Translations under genes and position numbers: made by a program
Shown here: positions 9,251 to 19,055 of the stretch, in pieces
Layout of the letters: each line of letters opens with the position of its first letter
Numbering within the stretch: position 1 is the stretch's first letter
From: Bacteroidota bacterium
GTDB taxonomy: Bacteria > Bacteroidota > Bacteroidia > NS11-12g > UBA955
Assembly (NCBI GenBank): GCA_023957335.1
Contig: JAMLHC010000001.1
Coordinates: 266,017-330,016, forward strand
Length of the DNA: 64,000 nucleotides
Direction: 5' to 3'
The notes under the pieces: model-generated
What the model saw: only the letters and a program-made list of their open reading frames with translations
Database searches by the model: none
What the model was told of the DNA's origin: nothing

Positions 9251-10477
9251 TTAGCTAAGCTTGTGTCCTAATTTTTCTTCTTTGGTTTTCATATAATCCT
9301 CATTGTAAGGATTGGTATGGATGATAATCGGCACATTGTCCACTACTTCCAAACCGTACCCTATCAACCCGGTTCTCTTCTTAGGATTATTTGACATTAA
9401 GCGCATTTTGGCAACCCCCAAATCCCTGAGAATTTGCGCTCCCACGCCATAATCTCGTTGATCCGGTTTGAAACCAAGTTCAATATTGGCTTCGACCGTA
9501 TCCATGCCTTGTTCTTGCAGTTTGTATGCTTTGAGTTTATTGACAAGTCCAATACCCCTGCCCTCTTGGTTCATATACACAATAACTCCCTTTCCTTCTT
9601 TGTCAATCATTTCCATTGCATGGTGCAGTTGGTCTCCGCAATCGCAACGGAAAGAGGCAAAAATATCACCGGTAACACAACTGGAATGCACCCGAACTAA
9701 GACCGGCTCATTGGGTTTAATTTCACCTTTAACCAAAGCCAGATGCACTTCACCCGTATTGATTTGTGTATAAGCAGTCAGCATAAAATCTCCGTGCGCA
9801 GTAGGCAATTTAACGGTTACTTCTTTCTTTATCAAACTCTCATTTTTGATTCTGTATTTGATAAGCTCCTCAATAGAAATGATTTTAAGATCAAACTTTT
9901 TAGCTACTTGCATAAGATCTGCAAGCCGCGCCATTGTTCCGTCTTCGTTCATGATTTCGACCAAACAGCCTGCCGGCTCAAATCCTGACAGTTTTGCCAA
10001 ATCAATAGCAGCCTCAGTGTGTCCTGCGCGTCTGAGCACGCCTTCTGAACGGGCTTTAAGCGGAAAAATATGTCCGGGACGGGCAAAATCCTCCGGTTTT
10101 GCATCAGGGTGTATCAAGCGTTGAATACACTTTGACCTGTCTTGTGCCGAAATCCCCGTTGTACAACCATGCCCAATCAAATCAACCGAAATCGTGAAAG
10201 GAGTATCAAACAAGGCGGTGTTTTTACCCACCATCAACTCGAGTTCGAGCTTGTTTGAAATTTCTTCGGAAATGGGGGCGCAAATGAGACCCCGCCCTTC
10301 CTTTGCCATAAAGTTGATAATCTCAGGAGTTGCATTTCGTGCAGCAGTCAGAAAATCACCTTCGTTTTCTCTGTCCTCATCATCTACCACAATGATAACT
10401 TTTCCTGCTTTTATGTCTGCAATAGCTTCTTCTATTGTGTTTAGCTTAATTTCGTCCATGTCAAAAAAGTGCTGCAA
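9251..10477 (-). CDS. ribBA: Bifunctional 3,4-dihydroxy-2-butanone-4-phosphate synthase / GTP cyclohydrolase II
   Basis: RibB N-terminal half with [16 protein letters not shown], and RibA C-terminal half with the zinc site CDCGDQL. The true start may be the second Met at 10459 (MDEIKLN..). Confidence 0.92.
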   Translation of the reverse strand: MQHFFDMDEIKLNTIEEAIADIKAGKVIIVVDDEDRENEGDFLTAARNATPEIINFMAKEGRGLICAPISEEISNKLELELMVGKNTALFDTPFTISVDLIGHGCTTGISAQDRSKCIQRLIHPDAKPEDFARPGHIFPLKARSEGVLRRAGHTEAAIDLAKLSGFEPAGCLVEIMNEDGTMARLADLMQVAKKFDLKIISIEELIKYRIKNESLIKKEVTVKLPTAHGDFMLTAYTQINTGEVHLALVKGEIKPNEPVLVRVHSSCVTGDIFASFRCDCGDQLHHAMEMIDKEGKGVIVYMNQEGRGIGLVNKLKAYKLQEQGMDTVEANIELGFKPDQRDYGVGAQILRDLGVAKMRLMSNNPKKRTGLIGYGLEVVDNVPIIIHTNPYNEDYMKTKEEKLGHKLS

Positions 10478-10494
10478 AGGTATAACACAAAGCG

Positions 10495-11211
10495 CTATTT
10501 CAGTTCGTCTCTAAGCTTTTTATTGTCGAGATTGACTTTGTGAATGATTCGCAAATCTTGGTTTTTTATCAACCAAAAAATCTCTCCCTTTTCTTGTGCC
10601 AAGTCAGGGTCATGGGTCGAAGCAATGATAATTTTATGTTCTTTGCGGGCAATATCCGACAATAGTTCAAACAAACTGCTCTTGCTATTATAATCCAAAA
10701 ATGCTGTGGGCTCGTCCAGCACAATCACAGAAGTATTTTGCATAAGTGCCCGTGCAATCATTGCTTTTTGAAACTCACCGTCACTAATTTCATTGATATA
10801 TCTGTCTTGTATGCTTTTTACCCCCGTAACGTGCACTGCATATTCAAAGTACTGAATTTGTTCTTGCGAGAATCGGCTAATGATATTGTTATGAGCAAGA
10901 GCACCGGACATGACCAAATCACGCACCTTCATAAAATCTACATGAGGTCTTTGCGCAAATACAAAAGCCACAAACCCTTCTTTCTTACTTAATTTATCAA
11001 CTGATTCACCATTAAACACAGTTCTGCCGGCAATAGGTTTTAGCAATCCTCCCAATGTTTTGAGCAAAGTGGACTTCCCCGTCCCATTGGCTCCCAAAAG
11101 CAAAATAAAGGCTGGCGAGTTGATAGCAACAGAAACCGGTGAGGCTACCAAACTCCGGTCTCCGTAACCCCAAAGGACATTTTCCAGTATGAGTTTATTA
11201 TCAGTTTTCAT
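10495..11211 (-). CDS. ABC transporter ATP-binding protein, iron-siderophore/cobalamin (FecE/BtuD) type
   Basis: Walker [10 protein letters not shown], signature-like [15 protein letters not shown], Walker [13 protein letters not shown]. About 238 aa. Overlaps the permease gene by 11 nt. Confidence 0.85.
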   Translation of the reverse strand: MKTDNKLILENVLWGYGDRSLVASPVSVAINSPAFILLLGANGTGKSTLLKTLGGLLKPIAGRTVFNGESVDKLSKKEGFVAFVFAQRPHVDFMKVRDLVMSGALAHNNIISRFSQEQIQYFEYAVHVTGVKSIQDRYINEISDGEFQKAMIARALMQNTSVIVLDEPTAFLDYNSKSSLFELLSDIARKEHKIIIASTHDPDLAQEKGEIFWLIKNQDLRIIHKVNLDNKKLRDELK

Positions 11212-12217
11212 ACATTTTGGTTCTTTGTCTAAACACTACCCCTACTACTACCGGACCTCCCAGTATAGCCGAAATTACGTTAATAGGAATCACATAGCCT
11301 TCAATCAAAACATGCGAAATCAAATCACACAACACAGCCAAAATAGCACCCAACAATGCTGTTGCTCCTATGAGTTGGGTGTGATGATAGGTTTTGAGCA
11401 AATGCCTTGCAAGGTGTGGCACTGCCATTCCTACAAAAGCAATGGGACCACAAAAAGCAGTGATAACGCCTACTGAGAGTCCTGTAATCAGGATAATCAC
11501 TTTTCTGAACTTGGTCATATCAACTCCCATAGATTTTGCATACAAATCTCCAAGCAAGTATGTGTTTAGCCTTCCGGCATATAAAAATGAGGTAATCGTA
11601 GTAACCACAACGGCAGCAAAAATGAGCAGGTTTTGGCTTGTATCGGTTTGGTTGAAACTACCTAAGCCCCACAATATAAAAGCTTTTAATGTTTCAGGAT
11701 TTGCCAAGAAATTAGCTACTCCCTGCATCGCTCCCAGAATCTGCCCTACAATCAAGCCCATAATAAGAATAGTAAAATTTCCGCCCACTCTGCCCGCTAC
11801 CCAAATCATAAGCAGCAGCACCATAAAAGTTCCGGCAAGTGCAGACAAGCCCATACCAATATCATTTCTGAAAAAATCCGCAGCAAATGCAGGCAAAAAC
11901 CCTGCTCCCAACATCACTAAACTAACCCCAAAAGAAGCACCCGAACTAATACCCAATACATAAGGACCGGCTAAAGGGTTGCGAAACAAGGTTTGCATGA
12001 GCAATCCACTGATGGACAATCCGGCTCCGGCAAGCAATGCAGTGAAGAGCTTTGGGATGCGGTATTTCCAGACTATAAAATGCGATGTTGCATCCGTATT
12101 TTGAAAAAAGATTGCCTCTCTAATGTCAGTTAAACTCATTTTGCTCGCGCCTAACATCAAGTCAAGAATGGCTACTGCAAACAAAATAATGAATAATATG
12201 GCATATTGTTTCTTCAA
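11201..12217 (-). CDS. FecCD-family ABC transporter permease (BtuC/FhuB-like)
   Basis: 338 aa and highly hydrophobic. The N-terminal segment MKKQYAILFIILFAVAILDLMLGASKMSLTDI is typical of BtuC-like permeases. Gene order is permease then ATPase. Confidence 0.83.
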   Translation of the reverse strand: MKKQYAILFIILFAVAILDLMLGASKMSLTDIREAIFFQNTDATSHFIVWKYRIPKLFTALLAGAGLSISGLLMQTLFRNPLAGPYVLGISSGASFGVSLVMLGAGFLPAFAADFFRNDIGMGLSALAGTFMVLLLMIWVAGRVGGNFTILIMGLIVGQILGAMQGVANFLANPETLKAFILWGLGSFNQTDTSQNLLIFAAVVVTTITSFLYAGRLNTYLLGDLYAKSMGVDMTKFRKVIILITGLSVGVITAFCGPIAFVGMAVPHLARHLLKTYHHTQLIGATALLGAILAVLCDLISHVLIEGYVIPINVISAILGGPVVVGVVFRQRTKMYEN

Positions 12218-12240
12218 GGTTGAGGCAAAATAACAGTTTA

Positions 12241-12891
12241 TTATTTATTCAAACCGAATTTCAGAAATCTAATCACCCGTTTTTCTTTCAACCACATTGT
12301 TTCGTAGTAAGTTTGGATGAGGAGAAAATCAGGAACGGGGTTTAATTGATAGATATTGGTAAGTGCTTCCACACATGGCAATCCTTGTTCTGCAATAATT
12401 TCTTTGGTGTATTCGAAGAGCAAAGGAGAATCAGTTTTGAGGTGGATTAGAGTGTCGGGTTTTGCGATTTTTCTATACAAATCTAAAAATCGGGGAGAAG
12501 TCAATCTCTTCTGAATGCGACTTTCCTGCGGCTGCGGGTCGGGAAATATTATCCATATTTCAGAAATTTCATTTTCAGCAAAGTACTTATCAATCAATTC
12601 GATTTGAATGCGTAAAAAAGCCACATTATCCAAGCCCCTTTCTTTGGACTGAGTAGCACCTTTCCACAGTCTGGCTCCTTTGATATCAATCCCCACAAAG
12701 TTCTTATCAGGGTGCAAGTGAGCTAATCCAACCGAATATTCGCCTCTGCCACAAGCTAGTTCCAGCACAATGGGATTGTTATTTTTGAAAACCAAGTTAT
12801 TCCACTGCCCTTTCAAATGCGTGTCTTTAGCATCAAAAGTATGTTCCATTGCATTGTATTCAGCAAATTTTCGAAGTTTTCCTTTTCCCAT
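12241..12891 (-). CDS. trmB: tRNA (guanine-N7)-methyltransferase
   Basis: MGKGKLRKFAEYNAMEHTFDAKDTHLKGQWNNLVF..LELACGRGEYSVGLAHLHPDKNFVGIDIKGARL is the TrmB SAM-binding region. Start moved to the internal ATG at 12891, because the track ORF begins 33 codons earlier in unconserved sequence. Confidence 0.85.
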   Translation of the reverse strand: MGKGKLRKFAEYNAMEHTFDAKDTHLKGQWNNLVFKNNNPIVLELACGRGEYSVGLAHLHPDKNFVGIDIKGARLWKGATQSKERGLDNVAFLRIQIELIDKYFAENEISEIWIIFPDPQPQESRIQKRLTSPRFLDLYRKIAKPDTLIHLKTDSPLLFEYTKEIIAEQGLPCVEALTNIYQLNPVPDFLLIQTYYETMWLKEKRVIRFLKFGLNK

Positions 12892-13026
12892 TTTGCGGCT
12901 GCAAAGAAACTCAAAAACCTCAAAGGCGGAGCACCCTAAAAACAATATCAAATTCAGACTTGGAACATGGTTTTTAACTGACAGGCTCATTGCTTATATT
13001 TGCAGTGCAAAAAACATCAAAGAAAT

Positions 13027-13311
13027 ATGTTCGGAAATATTAGTAAAATGCTTGAACTCAAAAAGCAAGCAGAAGAAATGAAAGCTAAACTTGCTGACAT
13101 CAGAGTAGTAAAAGAAAATCTCGGAATCAAGGTTGTATTAACCGGATTAAATAAAGTGGAGAGCATAACATTCAGTGATGATTTTTTTGCTGATAAAAGC
13201 AAACAAGAAATTGAAGAGATGCTTTCATTGGTTATTAACGCTGCACAAGAAGAGCTTAACAATCAACTCAAAACACAGTTTGCCGGTATTGCAGGAGGAT
13301 TAGGGCTATAA
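13027..13311 (+). CDS. ybaB: YbaB/EbfC-family nucleoid-associated protein
   Basis: MFGNISKMLELKKQAEEMKAKLADIRVVKENLGIKVVLTGLNKVESITFSDDF.. shows the YbaB pattern, about 95 aa. Start set at ATG 13027, internal to the track ORF. Confidence 0.85.
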   Translation: MFGNISKMLELKKQAEEMKAKLADIRVVKENLGIKVVLTGLNKVESITFSDDFFADKSKQEIEEMLSLVINAAQEELNNQLKTQFAGIAGGLGL

Positions 13312-13406
13312 TCTTTCAATCCAATGAAATTGTACTTTATAGAGAATTAACTTCACTCACTTTTTTCTTATTTATCTTTGTAATCTCAAATTTAACACAT
13401 TCCAAA

Positions 13407-14129
13407 ATGAACAAAATCACACAATTCATCATCCTTACATTCGCAATCTTTATTTTTAACTCTTGTTCTCAAAACACTCAGATTGCCAATCTCTCACCTC
13501 TGGAATTTCAAGCGGCTTTTCAAAAAGATGCCGCCAACGCAATTCTGTTGGATGTGCGCACACCGCAAGAATTCAGCGTAAGCCGTATTGACGGAGCTGT
13601 TAACATGGATGTTAACGACCCAAATTTTGAAAAACAAATCGAAACCTTAGATAAAAATAAAATCATTTATGTCTATTGCCTATCCGGCTCCAGAAGCAAA
13701 GAAGCTGGAAATATACTTGCAAAAAAAGGATTTACAGTCAAAGAACTCAATCAAGGTATCCTTGGTTGGCGCAACAGCGGTTTACCTACCATAAACACAG
13801 ACCCTGCTACAGGCGAAAAAAGACTTTCTGTTTCTGAAAAATTCTATGAAGAAATCAAAGGAAGCAAGTTGGTAATGGTTGATTTTTATGCCGATTGGTG
13901 CAGACCTTGTAAAATGATGGAACCCGATGTAAACCGTATCAAACAAGAAAGAGCAAGTGATGTTACTGTCCTCAAAATCAATACTGACAACGAAACTGCA
14001 TTAGCAGAAAAATATAAAATTTCTTCCATACCTACGCTGATAATGTTCAAGAACAACGAACTGTTATATGAACAAGCAGGTTTACATACCTATGACCAAA
14101 TCAATGATTTGATTAATAAGTATAAATAA
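13407..14129 (+). CDS. Lipoprotein with fused rhodanese and thioredoxin domains
   Basis: Lipoprotein signal MNKITQFIILTFAIFIFNSC. Rhodanese region ILLDVRTPQEF..IYVYCLSGSRSKEAG with catalytic Cys. C-terminal thioredoxin VMVDFYADWCRPCKMMEP..IPTLIMFKN with a WCxxC motif. Confidence 0.75.
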   Translation: MNKITQFIILTFAIFIFNSCSQNTQIANLSPLEFQAAFQKDAANAILLDVRTPQEFSVSRIDGAVNMDVNDPNFEKQIETLDKNKIIYVYCLSGSRSKEAGNILAKKGFTVKELNQGILGWRNSGLPTINTDPATGEKRLSVSEKFYEEIKGSKLVMVDFYADWCRPCKMMEPDVNRIKQERASDVTVLKINTDNETALAEKYKISSIPTLIMFKNNELLYEQAGLHTYDQINDLINKYK

Positions 14130-14221
14130 TTTCTGACAAATCGCGGGTTGCAACCCAAAGTCAGTATTAATCGTTTTATAAAAAAGTAGTAGTTATCGGT
14201 GTAAAACCGCATGGCTTCACA

Positions 14222-14947
14222 CTACTCACATTTACCGTCCGGAGTACAAGAAGGTCCGTTTTGAATGTCAAGTTGAATTGTGGGATTGTCTTTGCGCCAT
14301 TCTGCATAAGATTTATTCAGCGTTTCAACAAATGCTTCCACCGGTTGTGCTCCTGAAATTCCATATCTTCTGTTAAACACAAAAAACGGCACTCCGTTTA
14401 TACCCAACTGTTGCGACTCCATGATGTCTTGTTTCACTTGATATGAATATTCATCGTGGGTAAGTGCTTGATTCACTTCATCGGAAGTCAGTCCTATTGC
14501 GTGCCCTAATTCTGTTAGGGTAGTTTCATTTGCCAGGTCTTTGCCATTGACAAAATATGCTTTAAAAAATACTTCCTCAGCTTGCTCTCCAAGTCCTTTT
14601 GATTTGGCAAACTGGATAATTCTATGTGTTTTGAAAGAGTTAGCAACCACAAGCGCCTCTAAATTATAGTGTAATCCGGCAGCAGAAGCCATTTCCAAAA
14701 CTCTATCGTGCATTTGCACCGATTGCTGGTAACTGATGCCTTTCCGGTCTGCTAAATACTGATAAACATTGGTTTTATTTTCAATGTGCTCAGGAATATC
14801 GGGGTCAAGCTGAAAACTTTTCCAAATTACCTCAAGATATTTGCTGTCTGCAAATTGTTGGAGAGCAGCCTCAAAATGTCTTTTCCCTATATAGCAGAAC
14901 GGACACATGATATCGCTCCATATCTCCACTTTCATTTTATTTTCCAT
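14222..14947 (-). CDS. DsbA-family thiol:disulfide oxidoreductase (FrnE/HCCA-isomerase-like)
   Basis: MKVEIWSDIMCPFCYIGKRHFEAAL has the CPFC active site at the N-terminus, typical of DSBA-like FrnE proteins. Confidence 0.8.
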   Translation of the reverse strand: MENKMKVEIWSDIMCPFCYIGKRHFEAALQQFADSKYLEVIWKSFQLDPDIPEHIENKTNVYQYLADRKGISYQQSVQMHDRVLEMASAAGLHYNLEALVVANSFKTHRIIQFAKSKGLGEQAEEVFFKAYFVNGKDLANETTLTELGHAIGLTSDEVNQALTHDEYSYQVKQDIMESQQLGINGVPFFVFNRRYGISGAQPVEAFVETLNKSYAEWRKDNPTIQLDIQNGPSCTPDGKCE

Positions 14948-14962
14948 GATAAACCCTTATGA

Positions 14963-16711
14963 TTACAATGCTGCAAATTTAACAATTTGCCTGCTGATGT
15001 CATCTGCACTTAAACCGCAGTAATCGAATAATTGGCTTGTCTTTCCATGGGGAATAAACTCATCGGGAATACCAAAAGTCAACAGTTTGTTAGTCAAGTT
15101 ATTTTTGTGCAACCACATACTCACCGTAGAACCCAAACCACCAATGACGGCAGCATCTTCAAAAGTACACAACAAGGTATGATTGTTTGATAGAGATTGA
15201 AGCATGTTTTCATCCAATGGCTTGACAAATCTCATATTGATAATTGTGGTATTCAATCCCCTTTGATGCAATTGATTGGCTACATCCAAAACCCTCTCAA
15301 TCATAGTCCCGTAGGAAAGCAATGCGATGTTATTTCCGGTTGCAAGCAACTGTGCTTTGCCTTCCTCAATGTTGGTACGGTTTTCGAGTTGTGCAAGACC
15401 TGTCCCTCGCGGATAGCGCAGAAACACAGGACCTTGTGTGTGTCGGTAAGCAAAATCCATCATTTCTTCTAACTCTTGCAAGGAAGCCGGAGCGCAAATA
15501 GTAGCATTGGGAATGGTGTGCAACAAACTCATGTCGAAAGCTCCATGATGTGTTGCTCCATCTTCGCCTACCAATCCTGCCCTATCAATACAAAAGACAA
15601 CGGGTAAGTTTTGCAGACAAACATCGTGGATAATCTGATCCATAGCCCTTTGTAAAAAAGTAGAATACAAAAAGCAGAAAGGACGTAAACCGCTTGCAGC
15701 CATGCCGGCAGCGAAAGTTACGGCATGCTGTTCGGCAATCGCTACATCAAAAACCCTGTCAGGATACTCTTTTTGCATAAAATGCAGTGAGCTTCCGCTC
15801 ACCATAGCCGGTGTTACTGCCACAACATCCTTATGTACTTGCGCCAGTTGCAGTAGTTTTTTACCTGCTATATCTTGGAATTTCGCACCTGCATTTTTAT
15901 TCGTCTGACCGAGTGGATTGATTTTGTCAAAACCACTTGTAGAATGCCATCGGGTTTGTTCAAGCTCTGCGGGTGCAAAGCCTTTGCCCTTAGTTGTTCT
16001 GATATGCAACAACAAAGGTTTTTGGGTGTTTTTGGCTTCTTTAAGAACCTGCACCAGTTGCTCCAAATTATGTCCGTCAACCCCACCCTTATAAGCAAAA
16101 CCAAGTCTTGTAAACAGGTTTGGTTTTCCATCCTCAAGTGATTTTAAATAATCATTCAAAGCACCTGCTACCGGATCAATACCAATATGATTATCATTGA
16201 GAATCACAATCACCGGCAGATTAAGAAAGCCAAGATTGTTCAAGCCTTCAAATGCCTGGCCGGCAGATAAAGCACCATCGCCAATCACTGCAATATGCTG
16301 ACGTTGTATATTTTGCAATTTATCTGCAGCCGCCATACCCAACACTGCCGAGATAGAAGTAGAGGAATGTCCGGTACCAAAAGCATCATACTCGCTTTCT
16401 GACATTTTTGGAAAACCTGAAATACCATCAAATTGTCTAAGTCCGGCAAATTCATCCCTCCTTCCCGTGATAATCTTATGTGGATATGCCTGATGACCAA
16501 CATCCCACACTAATTTATCATGAGGAGTATCAAATACATAATGCAAAGCCACTGCCAGTTCCACAGCCCCAAGATTAGCCGCAAAATGTCCACCTGTCTT
16601 GCTCACGGTGTCAATGATAAAAGCTCTTAATTCATCTGCGTAAACACGTAATTCTCCTTGATTCAGTTTTTTCAAATCTTGAGGCGAATTTATCTTTTCG
16701 AGCCAACTCAT
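14963..16711 (-). CDS. dxs: 1-deoxy-D-xylulose-5-phosphate synthase
   Basis: GGHFAANLGAVELAVALHYVFDTPHDKLVWDVGHQAYPHKIITGRRDEF (TPP-binding) plus a transketolase-like C-terminus. 582 aa. Confidence 0.93.
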   Translation of the reverse strand: MSWLEKINSPQDLKKLNQGELRVYADELRAFIIDTVSKTGGHFAANLGAVELAVALHYVFDTPHDKLVWDVGHQAYPHKIITGRRDEFAGLRQFDGISGFPKMSESEYDAFGTGHSSTSISAVLGMAAADKLQNIQRQHIAVIGDGALSAGQAFEGLNNLGFLNLPVIVILNDNHIGIDPVAGALNDYLKSLEDGKPNLFTRLGFAYKGGVDGHNLEQLVQVLKEAKNTQKPLLLHIRTTKGKGFAPAELEQTRWHSTSGFDKINPLGQTNKNAGAKFQDIAGKKLLQLAQVHKDVVAVTPAMVSGSSLHFMQKEYPDRVFDVAIAEQHAVTFAAGMAASGLRPFCFLYSTFLQRAMDQIIHDVCLQNLPVVFCIDRAGLVGEDGATHHGAFDMSLLHTIPNATICAPASLQELEEMMDFAYRHTQGPVFLRYPRGTGLAQLENRTNIEEGKAQLLATGNNIALLSYGTMIERVLDVANQLHQRGLNTTIINMRFVKPLDENMLQSLSNNHTLLCTFEDAAVIGGLGSTVSMWLHKNNLTNKLLTFGIPDEFIPHGKTSQLFDYCGLSADDISRQIVKFAAL

Positions 16712-16825
16712 TCCGGGGGCAAAGATAGCAAGGGAAAAGCAGATTTAACAACTATAGACCGAAGCCGCTTGGTTATCAAACGAATATTTGTGGGCGGGTC
16801 TTTTTTATATAGATTTGCGCATCCA

Positions 16826-17773
16826 ATGCAAAATCGAATCACAACTCTTTTTGGAATCAAATATCCCATCATTCAAGGCGGAATGATTTGGAACAGCGGA
16901 TGGAAATTAGCATCTGCGGTTAGCAACCACGGGGGGTTGGGACTGATTGGCTCCGGCTCAATGTATCCGGCTGTTTTGGAAGAGCATATCCGGAAATGCA
17001 AAAAAGCTACCAACAAACCTTTTGGCGTCAACCTTCCATTGATTTATCCGCAAGTTGATGAACATATTGACATTATTATCAGAGAAGGTATAAAAATTGT
17101 TTTCAGTTCAGCTGGTAATCCCGGCAAATGGACTCCCTTGTTCAAAGAACATGGAATCACTGTCGTACATGTTGTGGCTAATACAAAATTCGCCATTAAG
17201 AGTGAACAAAGTGGTGTGGATGCAATAGTAGCAGAAGGGTTTGAGGCAGGCGGGCACAATGGCAGAGAGGAAACTACTACGATGGTTCTCATACCTTTGG
17301 TAAAAAAAGTAAGTTCTCTTCCTATTATTGCGGCAGGTGGAATAGGTAGCGGCAGGGCAATGGCAGCAGCCATAGCTTTGGGAGCAGAAGGGGTGCAAGT
17401 AGGTTCAAGATTTGCAGCCAGCCATGAATCCTCCGGACATATTCATTTTAAAGAAAAAATCATCGCTTCTCAAGACGGTGACACTACACTTACTTTGAAA
17501 GAACTTATACCGGTCAGGCTACTGCATAATACATTTTTTGAACAAGTGCAGGCAGCCTATCAAAATGGAGCAAGCAAAGATGAATTGGCTACATTGCTGG
17601 GCAGAGGCAGAGCTAAGAAAGGTATGTTTGAAGGCAATTTGGATGAAGGCGAATTAGAAATAGGTCAGATTTCAGCTTATTTTGACAGTATTGAATCTGT
17701 TGAAGATATCATGAAATCTTTTGTGAACGATTATAACACGACAATCAGTGAATTACAGTCAAAAACTCTTTAA
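16826..17773 (+). CDS. Nitronate monooxygenase-family enzyme (FabK-like enoyl-ACP reductase II / NMO, FMN-dependent)
   Basis: MQNRITTLFGIKYPIIQGGMIWNSGWKLASAVSNHGGLGLIGSG.. and ..IVAEGFEAGGHNGREETTTMVLIPLV..PIIAAGGIGSGRAMAAAIALGAEGVQVGSRF match the NPD/NMO fold. Start set at ATG 16826, because the track ORF begins inside dxs on the opposite strand. Confidence 0.85.
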   Translation: MQNRITTLFGIKYPIIQGGMIWNSGWKLASAVSNHGGLGLIGSGSMYPAVLEEHIRKCKKATNKPFGVNLPLIYPQVDEHIDIIIREGIKIVFSSAGNPGKWTPLFKEHGITVVHVVANTKFAIKSEQSGVDAIVAEGFEAGGHNGREETTTMVLIPLVKKVSSLPIIAAGGIGSGRAMAAAIALGAEGVQVGSRFAASHESSGHIHFKEKIIASQDGDTTLTLKELIPVRLLHNTFFEQVQAAYQNGASKDELATLLGRGRAKKGMFEGNLDEGELEIGQISAYFDSIESVEDIMKSFVNDYNTTISELQSKTL

Positions 17774-19049
17774 GAGTGCAAGTCAAATTGAGATTCTTGG
17801 AGAAAATTTAATTTTCAAAACCCTTCCAAATGGGCTCCGCATACTCTATAAAAAAATAGCACATTCTCATGTAGCACATTGCGGATTGGTACTCAATGCC
17901 GGTTCGCGAGATGATGCGAGTTTCATGGGAGCAGCACACTGCATGGAACACATGCTTTTTAAAGGAACAAAAAGACGCAAATCTTTTCACATCCTCAATC
18001 GTATTGATTCAGTGGGTGGAGAGATTAATGCTTACACTACCAAAGAAATCACCGTTATTTATTCTTCGCTTTATGAAATTTTTCTGGATCGAGCAGTAGA
18101 ACTCATTTTTGATGTGGCTTATAACTCAGTTTTTCCTGCTAAAGAATTAACCAAAGAACGCAAGGTAATCAAAGATGAAATCAGGATGTATGAAGATTCT
18201 CCCGATGACAACATTTTTGACGAATTTCAGGAAATAATTTTCAAAGGTCATCCATTGGCCGGCAACATTTTAGGCACCACCCAGTCTCTTGACACTATTT
18301 ATTCCAAAACCTTAAAGGACTTCACCGCTACCTTTTACCGTCCGGAAAACATGGTATTTGTAGTTGTATCGGACTTACCCGCAGAAAAGATTTTCAGAAA
18401 AGTTGAAAAATATGCAATGCAACAGCCCCTTCGGTCTGACAATGCATCAAAATTTGATATCAAAAGAGTCAAATGCTCCGGTTTTAATGTTCAAACTCAA
18501 ATCAAAGAAACTGACCACGTTCAAAGCTACGTTGTATTAGGGGGGAAGGCATCGGAGTCCAAATCTCCGGAAAGGTTAAAAGAGACTTTGTTACTCAATA
18601 TCTTGGGAGGTCCTGCGCTCAACTCCAGACTGAGCCTTGCCATCAGAGAGAAATACGGTTTCACTTATAATATTGAAGCCGGCACTACACATTTTACTGA
18701 TATAGGGTTCTTTCATTGTTTTGCAGGCACAGACAATGTTCATCACAAAAAAACAATTTCGTTGATATACAAAGAGCTGGACAGGCTTAAAAACACCAAA
18801 CTCGGAACCCTGCAAATGCACAACGCGCTTAATCAGTTCACAGGTCAAATCATGCTGGCTGAAGAAAACAAAATATCTTCTGCCATAGCCTTGGGACGAC
18901 AGTGGATGCAAGGAGAGTCAATCATGACCTTAAAAGAAATCTTGGAATATGTGAATGCCATCACGTCTGAACAACTGCAAGAAACAGCCAACCGATTGTT
19001 TGATAAAGACAAAATGAGTCTGCTATCGTATATACCAAGCAAGGAATAA
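17748..19049 (+). CDS. M16-family zinc peptidase (insulinase-like)
   Basis: The inverted zinc motif HxxEH is present as AHCMEHMLFKGT, with downstream E (..INAYTTKE..). 433 aa. Confidence 0.8.
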   Translation: MNYSQKLFKSASQIEILGENLIFKTLPNGLRILYKKIAHSHVAHCGLVLNAGSRDDASFMGAAHCMEHMLFKGTKRRKSFHILNRIDSVGGEINAYTTKEITVIYSSLYEIFLDRAVELIFDVAYNSVFPAKELTKERKVIKDEIRMYEDSPDDNIFDEFQEIIFKGHPLAGNILGTTQSLDTIYSKTLKDFTATFYRPENMVFVVVSDLPAEKIFRKVEKYAMQQPLRSDNASKFDIKRVKCSGFNVQTQIKETDHVQSYVVLGGKASESKSPERLKETLLLNILGGPALNSRLSLAIREKYGFTYNIEAGTTHFTDIGFFHCFAGTDNVHHKKTISLIYKELDRLKNTKLGTLQMHNALNQFTGQIMLAEENKISSAIALGRQWMQGESIMTLKEILEYVNAITSEQLQETANRLFDKDKMSLLSYIPSKE

Positions 19050-19055
19050 GGACGA

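Noticed and set aside
5542-9988. Several plus- and minus-strand ORFs of 60-120 aa inside or antisense to dnaE and ribBA (for example 6165..6413-, 7103..7465-, 9468..9773+).
   Set aside because: They overlap strongly conserved housekeeping CDSs on the opposite strand or in another frame. Their translations are low-complexity with no motifs. These are typical antisense shadow ORFs.
14963-16711. dxs appears short (582 aa versus about 620-640 typical), which might indicate truncation or a pseudogene.
   Set aside because: Both the N-terminal TPP-binding region and the C-terminal tail are intact and in frame. The difference is most plausibly a shorter internal linker.
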